From: Oikopleura dioica
Lineage: Eukaryota; Animalia; Chordata
DNA: 64,000 nt
Direction of reading: 5' to 3'
Assembly (NCBI GenBank): GCA_907165135.1
Contig: OU015569.1
Coordinates: forward strand, 12,338,001 to 12,402,000
Part shown: positions 49,667 through 61,956 of the stretch, piece after piece
How positions within the stretch are numbered: position 1 is the stretch's first letter
How the letters are laid out: each line of letters starts with the position of its first letter
Position numbers and translations under genes: made by a program
The notes under the pieces: model-generated
The model's database searches: none
Told to the model about the DNA's origin: nothing
Seen by the model: only the letters and a program-made list of their open reading frames with translations

Positions 49667-50269
49667 TCATTAAGGATCTCTGAGCCCTTGTCTCAGGCAT
49701 TCCACACAGATTGCTGTTCTTGATGGAATAGAGATCTCTTTCAATTTGAGGCCGTTTTCTTTTTCGTGTGTTTGACTTTAGGAAGATGGCGTTTGCTTTG
49801 ATTAGGGTCGAAAATTCTAGGGACGGTGGCTGGTGGCTTACTGGGCGGCTAAATCAACCTGTTCGACCGCGCAGTGGTCAAATTGGACAAACAATAAAAA
49901 ATGAGAAATCAGAAAAGGCGGCGATAAGCAGCCGCAAATGGCACTCGAGAACATCGATGCGGTCACATCTCAAGAATCCCCTGCCCAGCATTAGACCGCC
50001 GCCAATGTTCTACAGCGGTTTCCGATCGTAATCACAACTTTATTTTTATATCATCCTCTTTTTGACACAACTCAACTTGCCTCCAAATCGAGGTCATCAG
50101 CTAGACAAGTGGCTTCTCGATTTCAGGACTTGCTGGGCTTCGCAACCTAAGTAGAAAACCTGAGTCAGAGTCTTAAAGATCTAAAATGAAAAGCCGCGTA
50201 GCGGGTTTTTTTAAATAAGCAAACTCGAAGCGGCTTCGCAAAATTAATTTTCTTTCTGTTTCTGTCAAA

Positions 50270-50510
50270 CTGAGCTCGGCAACCTGTGTAAAAAGCCTTT
50301 GTCAGGGTCTGAAAGAACTAAAATGAAAAGCCACGCAGCGGCTTTCTTCAGAAACGAAGCCGCAAAGCGGCTTCGCGGATATTTTGATAGATTGAAATGG
50401 TTGTATTAGCGAAGCCGCTTCGCGGCTTTATTTTTAAAGCCGCTGCGCGGCTTTTCATTTTAGTTCTTTCATACCCTGACTCAGGTTTTCTACTCAGGCT
50501 GCCGAGCGCA
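50270..50510. mobile_element. Family-A MITE
   Basis: Mirrored arms with a GCCGC core. Confidence 0.75.
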
Positions 50511-51070
50511 GAGTATTCGAGAGATCTCTTTTTCATCCTTCAAGAACTCAGGCAATTTGCAAGCAGTTTTGATTGTGGCTCTAGAATATTTTCGATCAAC
50601 AAAGAGGTCGATGAAAAAAACGGCGGCTTTAATTTGATTTGTTTTCCTGAGTGGAAGGAGTAAGGTCGCGTGTGTTCAACGAATTTCCCAAAAGAAGCAG
50701 TGAAATAAATTTATCAAATAAATTAGCCGCGTTTTTGTGAAAATATTTTCTCCCCAAAGAGGAGTTGCCCGCTCCCTTTTTTGTGTACTGATTTTCGTTT
50801 TTTGAAAGGAACTGGCTTGCTAATCCGCTGTAATCACGTTTTCTCGGGCCTCCTTATCGCCTTGTAAAGCCGAAAAAGAAGGACAGAAAGAGAAACGGCA
50901 GATTACGCAAACGAAAATGGAGAAAAGTGAACCCAACTTTGGCAGGTTTAATCGACCCCTGCCTCGGCTGGGAGGAGATAAATGACAGAAAAGACTAATG
51001 TTTTTTCTATCTAAAATGCTGGTTCAATACGACTTCTAGTCAAAGGCTTTTTAGAGTACCTTTAGAAAAT

Positions 51071-51454
51071 TCCGAAATTAAAAATTTCAGCCTTCTAGAT
51101 AAATCTAGACAAAGGCTTCAAGATTCTTTTGGAAAAATAAAATAAGGGCGTCCCTTTGTTAATTTTAAGACAAAAGGCCGTTGAAAGAAGCCGATTTTCG
51201 ATCTCTGGACTCAGGACCCTGTGTTAAAAACCTGAGTCAGGGTTCTGAAGAAACTTTAATAAAAGCCGCGTTTCTTCAGAACCCTGACACAGGTTTTCAA
51301 CACAGGGTCCTGAGTCCAGAGATCGAAAATCGGCTTCTATCAACGGTTTTTTTGACTTTAAATTGACAAAGCAACACCCGCATTTTATTTTACCAAATAA
51401 AAATTGAAGCTTATGTCTAGATTTATCTAGAAGGCTGGAATTTTAAATTTCGGA
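51071..51454. repeat. Foldback with a nested family-A core
   Basis: TCCGAAATTAAAAATTTCAGCCTTCTAGATAAATCTAGACA...TGTCTAGATTTATCTAGAAGGCTGGAATTTTAAATTTCGGA. Confidence 0.75.
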
Positions 51455-51786
51455 GCTAATAGTGAAAATGGATCTTCGGGAGCATGGCAGCTTTGAGTTT
51501 GAAGTAATGCCCTTAGTCGCTAATTTCTTGAGCACCGGTCGAGTCTGATCCTGCTTGAATTATCGAAACTCAACCCTTTTAATCGAGCTTTTTGTCGAGT
51601 AGTAGTCACCAGCGGCGCCAGTTCAGAAATCTGCTAAATCGGATTACCACTACAGCAAAACACCAATTTGCCAGAAAAGCAATAACTTTTTAGCAAAGTC
51701 AATTTTTCCCCAAACTTCTCGCAAAATGGATTATCTGGCGCGTAGCTGTAAATAGTGGCTGTCACCTGTTGCGCTTAATCAATTTT

Positions 51787-52577
51787 CTGAGCTGAGTGAG
51801 CTAAGCAGGCGCTCAGCTCAGCTCAGACAATTATCACTCAGCTCAGCTTGATGATTTTAAACATAGTCTGTTCTATTCAGCTCAGCTCAACCAGCTCAGC
51901 TCAACCAGCTCAGCTCAGCCCAACCAGCTCAGCTCAGCTCATCCAGCTCAGCTCAGCTCATCCAGCTCAGCTCAGCTCAACCAGCTCAGCTCAGCCCAAC
52001 CAGCTCAGCTCAGCTCAGCTCATCCAGCTCAGCTCAGCTCATCCAGCTCAGCTCAGCTAAACCAGCTCAGCTCAGCCCAACCAGCTCAGCTCAGCTCAGC
52101 TCATCCAGCTCAGCTCAGCTAAACCAGCTCAGCTCAGCCCAACCAGCTCAGCTCAGCTCAGCCAGCTCAGCTCAGCTCATCCAGCTCAGCTCAGCTCATC
52201 AAGCTCAGCTCAGCTCATCCAGCTCAGCTCAGCCCAACCAGCTCAGCTCAGCTCAGCTCAGCTCAGCCAGCTCAGCTCAGCTCAACCAGCTCAGCTCAGC
52301 TCAGCTCAACCAGCTCAGCTCAGCTCAACCAGCTCAGCTCAGCTCAACCAGCTCAGCTCAGCCCAACCAGCTCAGCTCAGCTCAGCTCAACCAGCTCAGC
52401 TCAGCTCAACCAGCTCAGCTCAGCTCAACCAGCTCAGCTCAGCCCAACCAGCTCAGCTCAGCTCAGCCCAACCAGCTCAGCTCAGCTCAGCTCAGCCAGC
52501 TCAGCTCAGCTCAGCTCAGCTCAGCTCAGCTCAGCCAGCTCAGCTCAGCTCAACATAAAAACTCTTTTGCAACTCTG
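51787..52577. repeat. GCTCA-family MITE carrying an expanded ~670-bp (GCTCA)n satellite
   Basis: Array at about 51878-52552 of GCTCA units punctuated by ACCA, TCCA and CCCAACCA. It ends in TTGCAACTCTG, as does the 10434 element. Confidence 0.85.
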
Positions 52578-53487
52578 CTGAGAATGGAAATTGCTGCTTC
52601 GAGTTCAATTGGTTAATGAAAGCTAATTGATTGATTAAAAACGTTCGCTGGAAAAAGCGAAGAGAAACGTCTATAACAAGTGCTGGTGGGGAATGTTAAT
52701 GATTAAAAAATCGTACCCAGTGCGGCTTTATCAGAATGTTCACAGGGTAAATTGTGGTCGCCAAAGAATTGTCCGCAAACGTGGTTGATTGGAAAAGTAA
52801 GTTGACTTCCTTCCTGGGCGAAGCGGCTTTGCATAATGACCTTTCTTGCCAATTTTGAAATCTCGGCGAAGCCGCTTCGCGGCTTTCTTTAAAAATGCCG
52901 CTATGCGGCTTTTAATTTTCAGTTAATTTAACTGTTAAAGTTAGGGTTTAAATATTAAAATGAAAAGCCGCTTCGCGGCTTCGTTTAAAATGCCGCTACG
53001 CGGCCTTCATTGGAACTCGAAAAATCAAATCAAAAGACTTAAAAACTGTCGCTAAGGCACGTTTTTAGCGCATCGACTTTAGCCTCTAGAATTTTGAATT
53101 CGGCAATTTGAGAAATTCGAAGATTTGGATTTGTCAGTCTTTGGCACAAACTGGCGTTATCGCGGCTATTCCATCACTTTAGAAAAAGGTGGCATCGATC
53201 AGCCCCTGCTTTCTGATTTCGCTGAAATTCGCGAATTTAGCAAGCGGCACTATCTTATCGAGCAGAAACCGCAGAAATTATCAGTTTTGGTGGCGAGCGC
53301 ACAGAATGTATATTGTCCCTGCTTTATCTGTATTTTGTCCATTGCCTCAATAAATCATGGCTGCGGGCTTACTGTAATTTCATTTGGAAGTTTTTGTTTT
53401 TAAATGAAGAGATGCCGGCTTCCTCAGAGGAAAAACAGTCGGTGAACAACAAAAATAGCCTCGCTTGACATTTTTATTCTTTGAAAA

Positions 53488-56124
53488 ATGAGATTTTTAG
53501 CTTATTTTTTATTTGTTCCATCTTGTTTCTCGCAGGACATACTGGTCAGCTGCAGAGAACACAGTAAGTACACGTTTCTTGCTTCTGAGTTAACGAGAAT
53601 TCTTAGCTGAGGAAGTGATGAAAAAGTGCCTTTCTGATTGACAAGCAGATTTTAAATAGCAAAAATTATTAAAAACAATTAATTAATTAAAAAATTAATT
53701 ATTGAAATCAATGAAAGCCGAGATTTTAAGTGCGCAAGAAATTGTCGCACAGATTTTACTGAGGCCATCAATGAATGTGGCGTTTTGTCAAGATCCGCAG
53801 CGCCAGTGTTTGAGTCAAATAATAATGAAACGAAGTGTTTTTCTGGTGGCTTTTTTAAAAATGGAAGAGATGGCAGGGATGGGCGTGATGGTTTGCCGGG
53901 ACTTGCCGGACTAACTGGAGAAAAGGGAGCTAGGGGACCTGTTGGTCAGAAAGGAGACATCGGAATCGGCGAGCAAGGCCCTGTTGGACCGAAAGGAGAA
54001 AAAGGAGCTAGAGGGCCCGCTGGTGAGAAGGGGAACATCGGAGTCGGAGAGAAGGGAGACGCTGGGGAACCCGGCCCTGTTGGACAGAATGGACTTGTTG
54101 GTGATCCGGGTCTGATTGGAAAAACAGGAGAAAAAGGAGAACCTGGAAAAGCATGTGAACCAAAGCCAAGAGTCGCTTTTAGAGCTGCACTGGAAAGCGA
54201 CTACGGTACTAAGCACACCGTCATACCGTTTTCAAACATTTTATTGAATATAAATGAGCACGATCCTAATAATGGTGGACTAGATAGCTCAACTGGCATC
54301 TTCACAGCACCTGTCAGTGGTCTTTATTCTTTTACATTTGTTGTTTATGCACTGGTTTATTACAAAGTTTAATGCTTTAAGGATATAGCCGTTCTCAAGG
54401 CACTTTCGTAGCGCCGAAATGGGGCGATAAAATTTTTCATTTCAAGACAGGTCCTACCTAAAATTTTGTCTAGAATTCAATTATGATGTTTTTAAAAATT
54501 TTTTCGAAGAAAATTTCTCTCTGGAGCGATTTGAAATCTTACGATCATTTTTCTCGAAAAATTTCAATTAAATCGCTAAAACTAAACCGTGTGTTATCAT
54601 GATTAACTGCTTATCTAGCTTTTTAGGGCCTCAAAATTTCAAAACTCGAGCAAATTTTCATTCTAGTGTCTTCTTCTTTTTGGCTTTTAGTTCAGGGCGC
54701 TCGACCAATCAGCGCGCTCTTTCACATGCGCGCCTCACCGCGCGTTGGAGGAGGGCGCCCAGCGCAGCAAACCAGAGCGCTGTCTGACGCTTCGGCTTAC
54801 TCAAGTAAGCCTCATAAAAATGGCTCTTGAATCGTAAATATTTGGAGTCTATTAGAACGTAAGCCCTAGGAATGTAGAAAAAGGTCCAAATTTTTAATTT
54901 ATCAAAAACTCGACCGATTTAATGGAAAATACTCGAGAAAAAGTGATCGTAAGATTTAAAATTGCTCTAGAGAGAAATTTCTCCATTAAAAATTAAAAAG
55001 AACACAAGAATCGGGTTTCTTAAGCAATTTTAGGTAGGGTTCCTTTTGAAATGAAAAATTTTATCGTCCCCTTTGGCGCTACGAAAGTGCCTTGAGAACG
55101 GCTATATCCTTTCATTGACATATTCTTTATAAAATAACTGATTTACAAAACCAGAAAAGACCAGTGTCGCGGACACTCGAGTAGAGATTCGGTCCAATTC
55201 AAAAGTGGACTGTTCCCGCATTTCCTGAAATTCCGCATCAAGAAATTTGGGGGTAAACCAAAGAAGGAACAGTTAAGATAGGATGAGACACAAAAGGAGC
55301 GAGCAAAAAATGAAGTGACGATAAAAGAGCAAGTAAGAAAGTATCATACACCAAAGGAACTGATCTGATGGATGGGTTTCTTATTGGCCGATTGGCCAAA
55401 TAGAGCAATCTTATTGGATCCAAAAATGACTTTCTTTAATGTATGATTCTTTCTTACTTGCTCGTTTGGTGTCTCGTACTATCTTTATTGTTCCTTTTCT
55501 TGGTTAGTGCCGAAATTTGGTAGATCAAGAACTTTTGAGAATGGGGGAATGCGTGAGCAGCCCAAAAGTATTTCATATGCAGTTAGTGGGAAAGCGGTAA
55601 GTTTGGATTCTACAATAAGATATATCTAGGCTTTCCGGTAGAAAAATGCTAACTTTTGATCCTCAAGGGGTTTTTACATTTTTATCGGCTCTATGGATAG
55701 CTTACATGATTTCAAGCAGGAATCTGAAATAAAAAGTAGGTGTATAATTTTGGAAGTTGGTCAAAAAAGGGGTTGAAAATTCGTACTTTTTCACATTTTG
55801 GCATTTTTGACCAACTTCCGAAATTATACACCTACTTTTATTTCATATTCTTGCTTGAAATCATCTAAGCTATCCATAGAGCCGATAAAAATGTAAAAAC
55901 CCTTGAGGATCAAAAGTTAGCATTTTATCTACCGAAAAGCCTATATATATATTTAGAGGGTGAACTGCCATCATTTGACAAAAAATTAGGATGCCAATAC
56001 ATCAATAACAGCTGCTGCGGTTCTTCTTTTGAAAAAAGATGATACTGTTCATACCTATCTATATAATGGAAAAGTAAGAAAAGGCACTGAATTTTCCGTC
56101 TTCTCTGGAATTCTACATTCATGA
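53488..56124 (+). CDS. Secreted collagen-repeat plus C1q globular-domain protein (C1qDC/C1QTNF-like); possibly pseudogenised
   Basis: Signal-peptide-like start MRFLAYFLFVPSCFSQ at 53488, first intron 53564-53606, then a Cys-rich segment. About 30 Gly-X-Y triplets (53863-54150). C1q motifs VAFRAAL, IPFSNILLN and TGIFTAPVSGLYSF end at a donor at 54355. Further exon pieces: TSVADTRVEIRSNSK (55160-55204), ISYAVSGKA (to 55596), and terminal exon DANTSITAAAVLLLKKDDTVHTYLYNGKVRKGTEFSVFSGILHS* (55990-56124). Lesions: TGA at 53639 where Cys is expected, and insertions at 53656-53720 and 55207-55563. Confidence 0.8.
54379..55111. mobile_element. TIR element (MITE) inside an intron of the C1q gene
   Basis: Ends AAGGATATAGCCGTTCTCAAGGCACTTTCGTAGCGCC...GGCGCTACGAAAGTGCCTTGAGAACGGCTATATCCTT, with about 200 bp of imperfect arms. 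Confidence 0.85.
55207..55563. mobile_element. Old palindromic MITE inserted in a C1q-domain exon
   Basis: Imperfect TIR GGACTGTTCCCGCATT versus reverse-complement GGGCTGCTCACGCATT. Flanking direct repeat AAAAGT at 55201-55206 and 55564-55569. Internal arms GAGCAAGTAAGAAAG / CTTTCTTACTTGCTC. Confidence 0.7.
55627..55943. mobile_element. Near-perfect foldback MITE in the last C1q intron
   Basis: Ends TAGGCTTTCCGGTAGA...TCTACCGAAAAGCCTA with ~140-bp mirrored arms, inserted in a TA-rich site. Confidence 0.8.
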
Positions 56125-56764
56125 TAAAAAGATTTTCCGAGTTTCAAAGCCGAATAATAACTTCCAAGAATATTCTAATAATATTATTATATCTACATTC
56201 TCCTTCATCTCTTTATTCGGCTCCCTTGTCTTAATAGAAGAAATAATTGCTCAATCAATAAAACCACTTATAAAATTTCGTTTCCTTTAGTTTTTAAATT
56301 TCAGTTGTTTATAAAAGCGCGAAAAAACGGGAGATGCAAAAAGAGTGTCTCTGTCAAAGTCTGAAATGTTAAAAAGGGAGAGGCCGGAAGCTCTGGCTCG
56401 GTCGTATCTCTTCGAATCCGGTTGATGTACAACGTGGTACACGGGATCAGTGTCGCGCACAGTTTATAGAAAATGTCACAAACGCTTGGAGCCTGATTCT
56501 AGAGACGCTTTATTGACGGTTACTGCGCAGTTCAATTGTATCAAGCAGCTGCGCCATTTCGGCCGAGAGGCTGAAATTTTCCATTCGTCGACGAAAATTG
56601 TAAAAATCCACCACTTCCAGCGCTATTTTAAAAATTTAATTTCGAGTCGAAATGAAATTTTCGAGTCGAAATTAGCCTTTTCGAATAAAAAATAATCGAG
56701 GATGAATTTGAATCACCTGCGATTTTCAATAAGACTTGAAAAAGAGCTTCTATGAAATCCGCAA

Positions 56765-57032
56765 ATTTGATTGGCTCAGAGTATTTCGAACAGCGCCATC
56801 ATGCGGCTTCTCAAATCAAAACTCAATTCAACGTGAAAAATTGAGGCAAAATCAAGAAGTCGCTTGCGGCTTCGAGTTATAAAATATTCAAGCCGCGCTT
56901 TTCGCGGCTTTTTTATTGGTTTAACTCGAAGCCGCAAGCGGCTTCTCGATTTTTTATTTCAATTTTTAATTGAATTTTAGTTTGAGAAGCCGCATGATGG
57001 CGCTGTTTCAAATGTTCTAAGCCAATCAAATT
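56765..57032. repeat. Foldback with a GCCGC core and CCAAT-box ends
   Basis: TTTGATTGGCT...ACAGCGCCATCATGCGGCTTCTC mirrors GAGAAGCCGCATGATGGCGCTGT...AGCCAATCAAA. Confidence 0.7.
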
Positions 57033-57489
57033 GACGGAAATGGCAATTTCAAATGATGAGTTTTTGAATAGTAGTTTGTTTAGAAAGATGAAGCTTTTCC
57101 TTGCGGGTGAGGCGCGCTGGTGGGCAATCCTTCTAAAAACTGAAACTTTGGAGGGATGATCCTTATTAGCTAAAAATCGGCATCAAACAACAAAAACTGC
57201 ATCCGTTCTTTGCGAGCAGCCGCGCGGAGTAGCAACAAATCGCCACGAAATCTTTTTCTTCTGTTTCAATATCAATCAAGCAAATACCAGCGAAAAGTGA
57301 TTTTAAAGAGACTCCCTTAGCTGTTGTGGCAACTCGGGCACTGTCACGTTACGGAATCGCGAAGAGAAACACTTCCTGACTCGGCGAGTCGAGAGGCGCC
57401 GCCGATCAGGGGAAGCGAGCGCTTGTAAACCACTGCCAAAAGCCTGACCAGTTTTCAGCCCAAAATAAAGGAGACCACCGAGAAGCGAC

Positions 57490-58015
57490 GACAAAATTGC
57501 GACACTGAATTTTGTCGACCTTCGGGCATTTTTAGGGAGGTGGCACGGAGCGACAATTTCTTGGTGAAAATATTTCACAAAAAGGACTGACCGCTGATTG
57601 GGCGGCAGGCAAAATACAGGCTTTAGATTGGCTGAAGATTTATTTAGGACTATGTCGCTCAGAAATTGTCGCTCCATGAAAACCCCTGCATTTTCCGAAA
57701 AATACGACAATTTTGTTTTTATATTTTCTGCCAATAAGAAGCGCGTATTTGGTAAAACAGCCAATTAGAAGCTGATCAGCCGCTCACGCAAAATTTTGTC
57801 GCATTTTCTGTCGCTCCCCAAACTATTGTAAATAAGCGACAAAAATGCGACAAATTTTGCGTGAACGGCTGATTAGCTTCTGATTGGCTACCTTAGCAAA
57901 TACGCCCTTTTTATTGGCAGAAAAAAAAGAGCAAAATTTGTCGGAATTTTTTTTTTCAAATGAGGAAAACACGTGATTTGCTGTCGAAATCGGATTTTTG
58001 TCGCTCCAGAACCGC
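57490..58015. mobile_element. CGACAA-family element (duplicated core)
   Basis: GCGACAA arms; TGATTGG core present in both orientations. Confidence 0.62.
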
Positions 58016-58699
58016 AATTAGAAATTAATATAAAGAATAGTTTTTACTAGTCAAGAAAAGAAATGATTTTTACTAGCGAGATAAGAGCGAGATAAAACGG
58101 AAGCAGGTGGAAGTAAAGCAGCGCCCAAAACTATTGCCAAATTAAATTTGATTATTTTGCCCAAAATGTGCAAATCCGCAAGAAGAAAAAAGAGGCGCAG
58201 ATTTGATTTAGAACTTTTCTAAAACTCAGATTTCGAAAACAAACCAAAACCCATCAAAAACCTTTGGCCAGGCTTCCTGAACACAAATCGTGGAAGATCT
58301 CGCGAAAGGCTTCTTGAATTCCGCGCTGCGAAATCGAATCCTCGCCAGAAGAGAATTTTTGAAATTTTCCTTTGAAAAGGGACTTGGCTTCGAAGCGTTA
58401 TTTGGAGAAATCTTTGAAGAAATCTCTTTTTTGTTCGTTTGGCTTCGTTTTCCTGCAGGACGGATGTGTACTTGTTCCCTGAAGAAAAAGTGAAAGTAAT
58501 TAAGTGACTTGAGAAGGGGCGTTTAGAAGCGCTGCAGCAAAATCTGATAAACGCTAAAACGGAATAACGAAACCTTCGCGGCCGGACGCGCTCAATGGCT
58601 CAAGAAGAGGGTTACATACGACAACGATAAACCCAAACGAAAGAGGAGAAAAACTCCTGAATCCGAAAAAATAACAACCGGCATTCTCTATTCTTGGCT

Positions 58700-58912
58700 C
58701 TGAGCGAGCTTTGAGCGGTGAGCAAGCGGAGCGATAATTTCGTGTCGAAAAGAAAAGTCGAGAAGCCGCTTGCAGCTTCGAGGAACGGATATTATAGCCG
58801 CGCTTCGCGCGGCTTTTTATCGCTGGCTCGAAGCCGCAAGCGGCTTCTTGACTTTGCTTTTCGACACGAAATTATCGCTCCGCTCGCTCACCGCTCAAAG
58901 CTCGCTCAAGCT
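58700..58912. repeat. Foldback with a GCCGC core
   Basis: GAGCGAGCTTTGAGCGGTGAGC...GCTCACCGCTCAAAGCTCGCTC. Confidence 0.75.
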
Positions 58913-59865
58913 CAGCCACCTCGATAAAACTGGTCAACGTGTGCTCCCATGTTCTCTCCACATTTTTCGCGTCAAAAAAGAAGTTCTAAAGAAAACGACA
59001 TGCGCATGTGTACTGTTTTGAGATGTGTATCTATTCAGCGTTGTCTTTTGTACCTGAGATATTCGAGAGCGCTCATTTTTTGAAGGCGGCGGAGATCCAG
59101 AGGAATGCAGAAGCGAATGTCGCCCAAGCGAGACCAGTCGCTAAAAATTCGAGACGGAAAAGAAGCGAAAATTCCAACACGTACTTTTTGGGTCAAGCAT
59201 TTTTCTCGATTATTTTAACACAGTGACACCCTTAATTTTTGATTTTTCTGTAAATAATAATTTTGAAAGCCAAAAATTTCTGTAAATAAAGTCGAATCGA
59301 AAAGCCGCGTGCGGCTTTGAGCCAAATAAACTATTGAAGCCGCGAAAAAGCGCGGCTCTTCCTTTATTTTTGCTCGAAGCCGCAAGCGGCTTTTCAATTC
59401 AACTTTCAATGACAGAGATTTTTGGCCCTCAGAATTATTTTTAGCAGGAAAATTAAGGGTGTGATTATGTTAATTTTTCTTGGCCCGATTCCTAATTTGG
59501 TGGTGGGATATATTTTGCCCGGATTTGTTCATTGGCGATTTTCGCTATTTCCTCGCTCGGCTGAAGCTTTTTTCTCCGCAAAAGAGCTCAACTTCTCCGT
59601 CTGAATTGGTTGTTTCTTGTTCGTGCAAATTATAATTTAAGTTGTACCGTGCCAAATGTTCTTTCTCCTGGCGAAATCCGCCACAAGCCGCTGTAGTTGC
59701 CGCACGAATTGAGCTGCTTTGAGGTCGAAGGTGGCGACGATTCCGTTTATCGCCACGCTCACGTGGACTCCTGCATCTTCTGCAGCAGAAAATTTGGGAG
59801 TGTTCAAAAATAATAAACAAACCTCTTTTTTCTTCTTTTGCTAAAATTTTGTATACTAGTTCAAT

Positions 59866-60102
59866 CTGGGCTCGGCAATCTGTGTAGAAAACCTGAGTCA
59901 GGTTCTGAATAGCTAAAACGAAAAACCGCGCAGCGGCTTTTAAAATCGAAGCCGCAACCCGGCTTCGCCAGAATTTTGATATATTCTAATAGTAGTATTA
60001 GCAAAGCCGCTTCGCGGCTTCGTTTAAAAGGCGCTACGCGGCTTTTCATTTTAGCTCTTCAGAACCTGACTCAGGTTTTCTACACGGATTGCCGAGCCCA
60101 GC
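59866..60102. mobile_element. Family-A MITE
   Basis: CTGGGCTCGGCAATC...GATTGCCGAGCCCAG. Confidence 0.78.
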
Positions 60103-60785
60103 TTGAAAATATCCTACAAAAAGCCGCAAAGCCTGAATTGCCATCTCTATCAATTTTAAGTCCTGTCGAAGCCGCATGCGGCTTTTTAGCAAAGTTCTCT
60201 CAGGAGGGCCCAGTTGATGGTTCCCCATTAATCCAGAAATAAGAACAAAAATTACCGATTTTCTTTTCTGATTTAATTCTTTGAAGATTCTTCTTTAGCG
60301 CAAAAACCTGGTTTTGAGATTTTTGAACTGGCTCATCCCTTTTTCTTGGTCATCTTTCGTTTCTATTTTCTGATCTTGGGTCTTTTTCAAAGAATAGAAG
60401 TCGCAGGAAAAAAGAAGAAAGAGGCCCGTTTCTTTTCTTTATTTTGCATTTCCGGCGGGATTGATTTTTGATTTTCGGCGTTTGCGCGATTTCGTTTTCG
60501 GATTTGGCCCCTCTGTGTTCCTATTTTGGTAATCATAATCTGCGCCGCCAGTTAGGCTCTCGCTTGATTTAATTTAACCACTAACTCGTATTTCTCGCGT
60601 TTCCGACTTCGATTCAGCGCTTTCGTATTCATAAATGATGTTTTCGCTTTCTCGAGAAGAGTTTTTAGACTTTACCAAATAGACGAATTGAAAACAAGAA
60701 GATAAAACTGATAAATTAACCCACTTTCGGGTTATGCAATGATTTCGGCGAATTATTAAAAAGTAAGTTCATATCTAATGCATAG

Positions 60786-61310
60786 CAACCTGTGTAGAAA
60801 ACCTGAGTCAGGGCCTTAAAGTTTTTAAATGAAAAGCCGCTACGCCTGAAAACCTGAAAACCAGAATTTATTTTTCTTGAATTACAACCTTTAATAATTA
60901 TTAATAAATTAATATTAATTAATTAATTTTTAATAATAATTATTATTATTGTAAATATAATTTACTTATAACTTATAAATTAAAAGTTATAATAAAAATT
61001 ATTAATAAATTAAATAATTACTAATAATTATTTTTAATTAATTAATAATAATTATTATTATTGTAAATATAATTTACTTATAACTTATAAATTAAAAGTT
61101 ATAATAAAAATTATTAATAAATTAAATAATTACTAATAATTATTTTTAATTAATTAATAATAACTATTATAAATTATAACTTATTACTCAATATCAAATT
61201 CTGGTGAAGCCGCCTTGCGGCTTCGTTTAAAAAAAAAGCCGCTACGCGGCTTTTCACTTTCAAATTTTAAGACCCTGACTCAGGTTTTCTACACAGGTTG
61301 CCGAGCCCAG
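60786..61310. mobile_element. Family-A MITE with an expanded, almost pure A/T centre (112-bp tandem duplication)
   Basis: Arms at 60786-60845 and 61205-61310. The centre (about 60890-61190) repeats with period 112 (GTAAATATAATTTAC at 60951 and 61063). Confidence 0.78.
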
Positions 61311-61791
61311 AACCTGAGAAATTTCAACCTGAGTCCTAAATTTCCAAATAGAAAACCCTTTTCTTTGATTCTGATGTGTTTTTCCGGCTGTCCTGGCTCT
61401 TCTTGAATCTTTTCGGGCAAAATGATCATGCTCTTGCTTTTGAAGAAAAGAAACGCCCGCTTGTCGGTTTGGTCATCGTCGCGAACTGCAAAAAGAATTA
61501 GCATCGCCCGATTTTGTCATAATTAAGGGCGGTACCTGCTGGCCCGTTGGGGGAATGTAACAATTCACCTTCGGGGTCGCGGAAGAGCATTTTGAAACTT
61601 TTCTAAAACGAGATTCTTATTCCGACTCCCACGCTCGAGCACACGTTTTTTAATTTTCAATTATTTATAGATTTTGAACTTTTCTTTCAGAAAATTATTT
61701 TTACCAAGTTTTCGTGAAAAAGGGAAATTACGGAAATTTCATATTTTTGGCTTCAATTGTGTCGAGGGGTTAAACTTGCTTATGACGCCAC

Positions 61792-61956
61792 AGGGCTCGG
61801 AAACCTGTGTAGAAAACCTGAGTCAGGGTTTGAAAGATATTCAAAGAAAAGCCGCGAAGTGACTTCGCCAGAATTTAGAAATAGATTGAGCTACGCGGCT
61901 TTTCATTTTTGATCTTTCAGACCCTTCTCAGGTTTTCTACACAGGTTGTCGAGCCA
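61792..61956. mobile_element. Family-A MITE
   Basis: GGGCTCGGAAACCTGTG...CAGGTTGTCGAGCC. Confidence 0.72.

Noticed and set aside
51848-52060. SSAQL-repeat ORFs (also at 10248-10677)
   Set aside because: They are translations of the (GCTCA)n repeat.
55340-55403. DGFLIG motif resembling a C1q C-terminus
   Set aside because: It lies in the centre of the 55207-55563 MITE. The better C1q ending (VFSGIL) is at 55990-56124.
59545-59820. GC-richer ORF-like stretches (also 42321-42633, 57303-57764, 62633-62855)
   Set aside because: No recognisable domain, and no consistent multi-exon model could be built.
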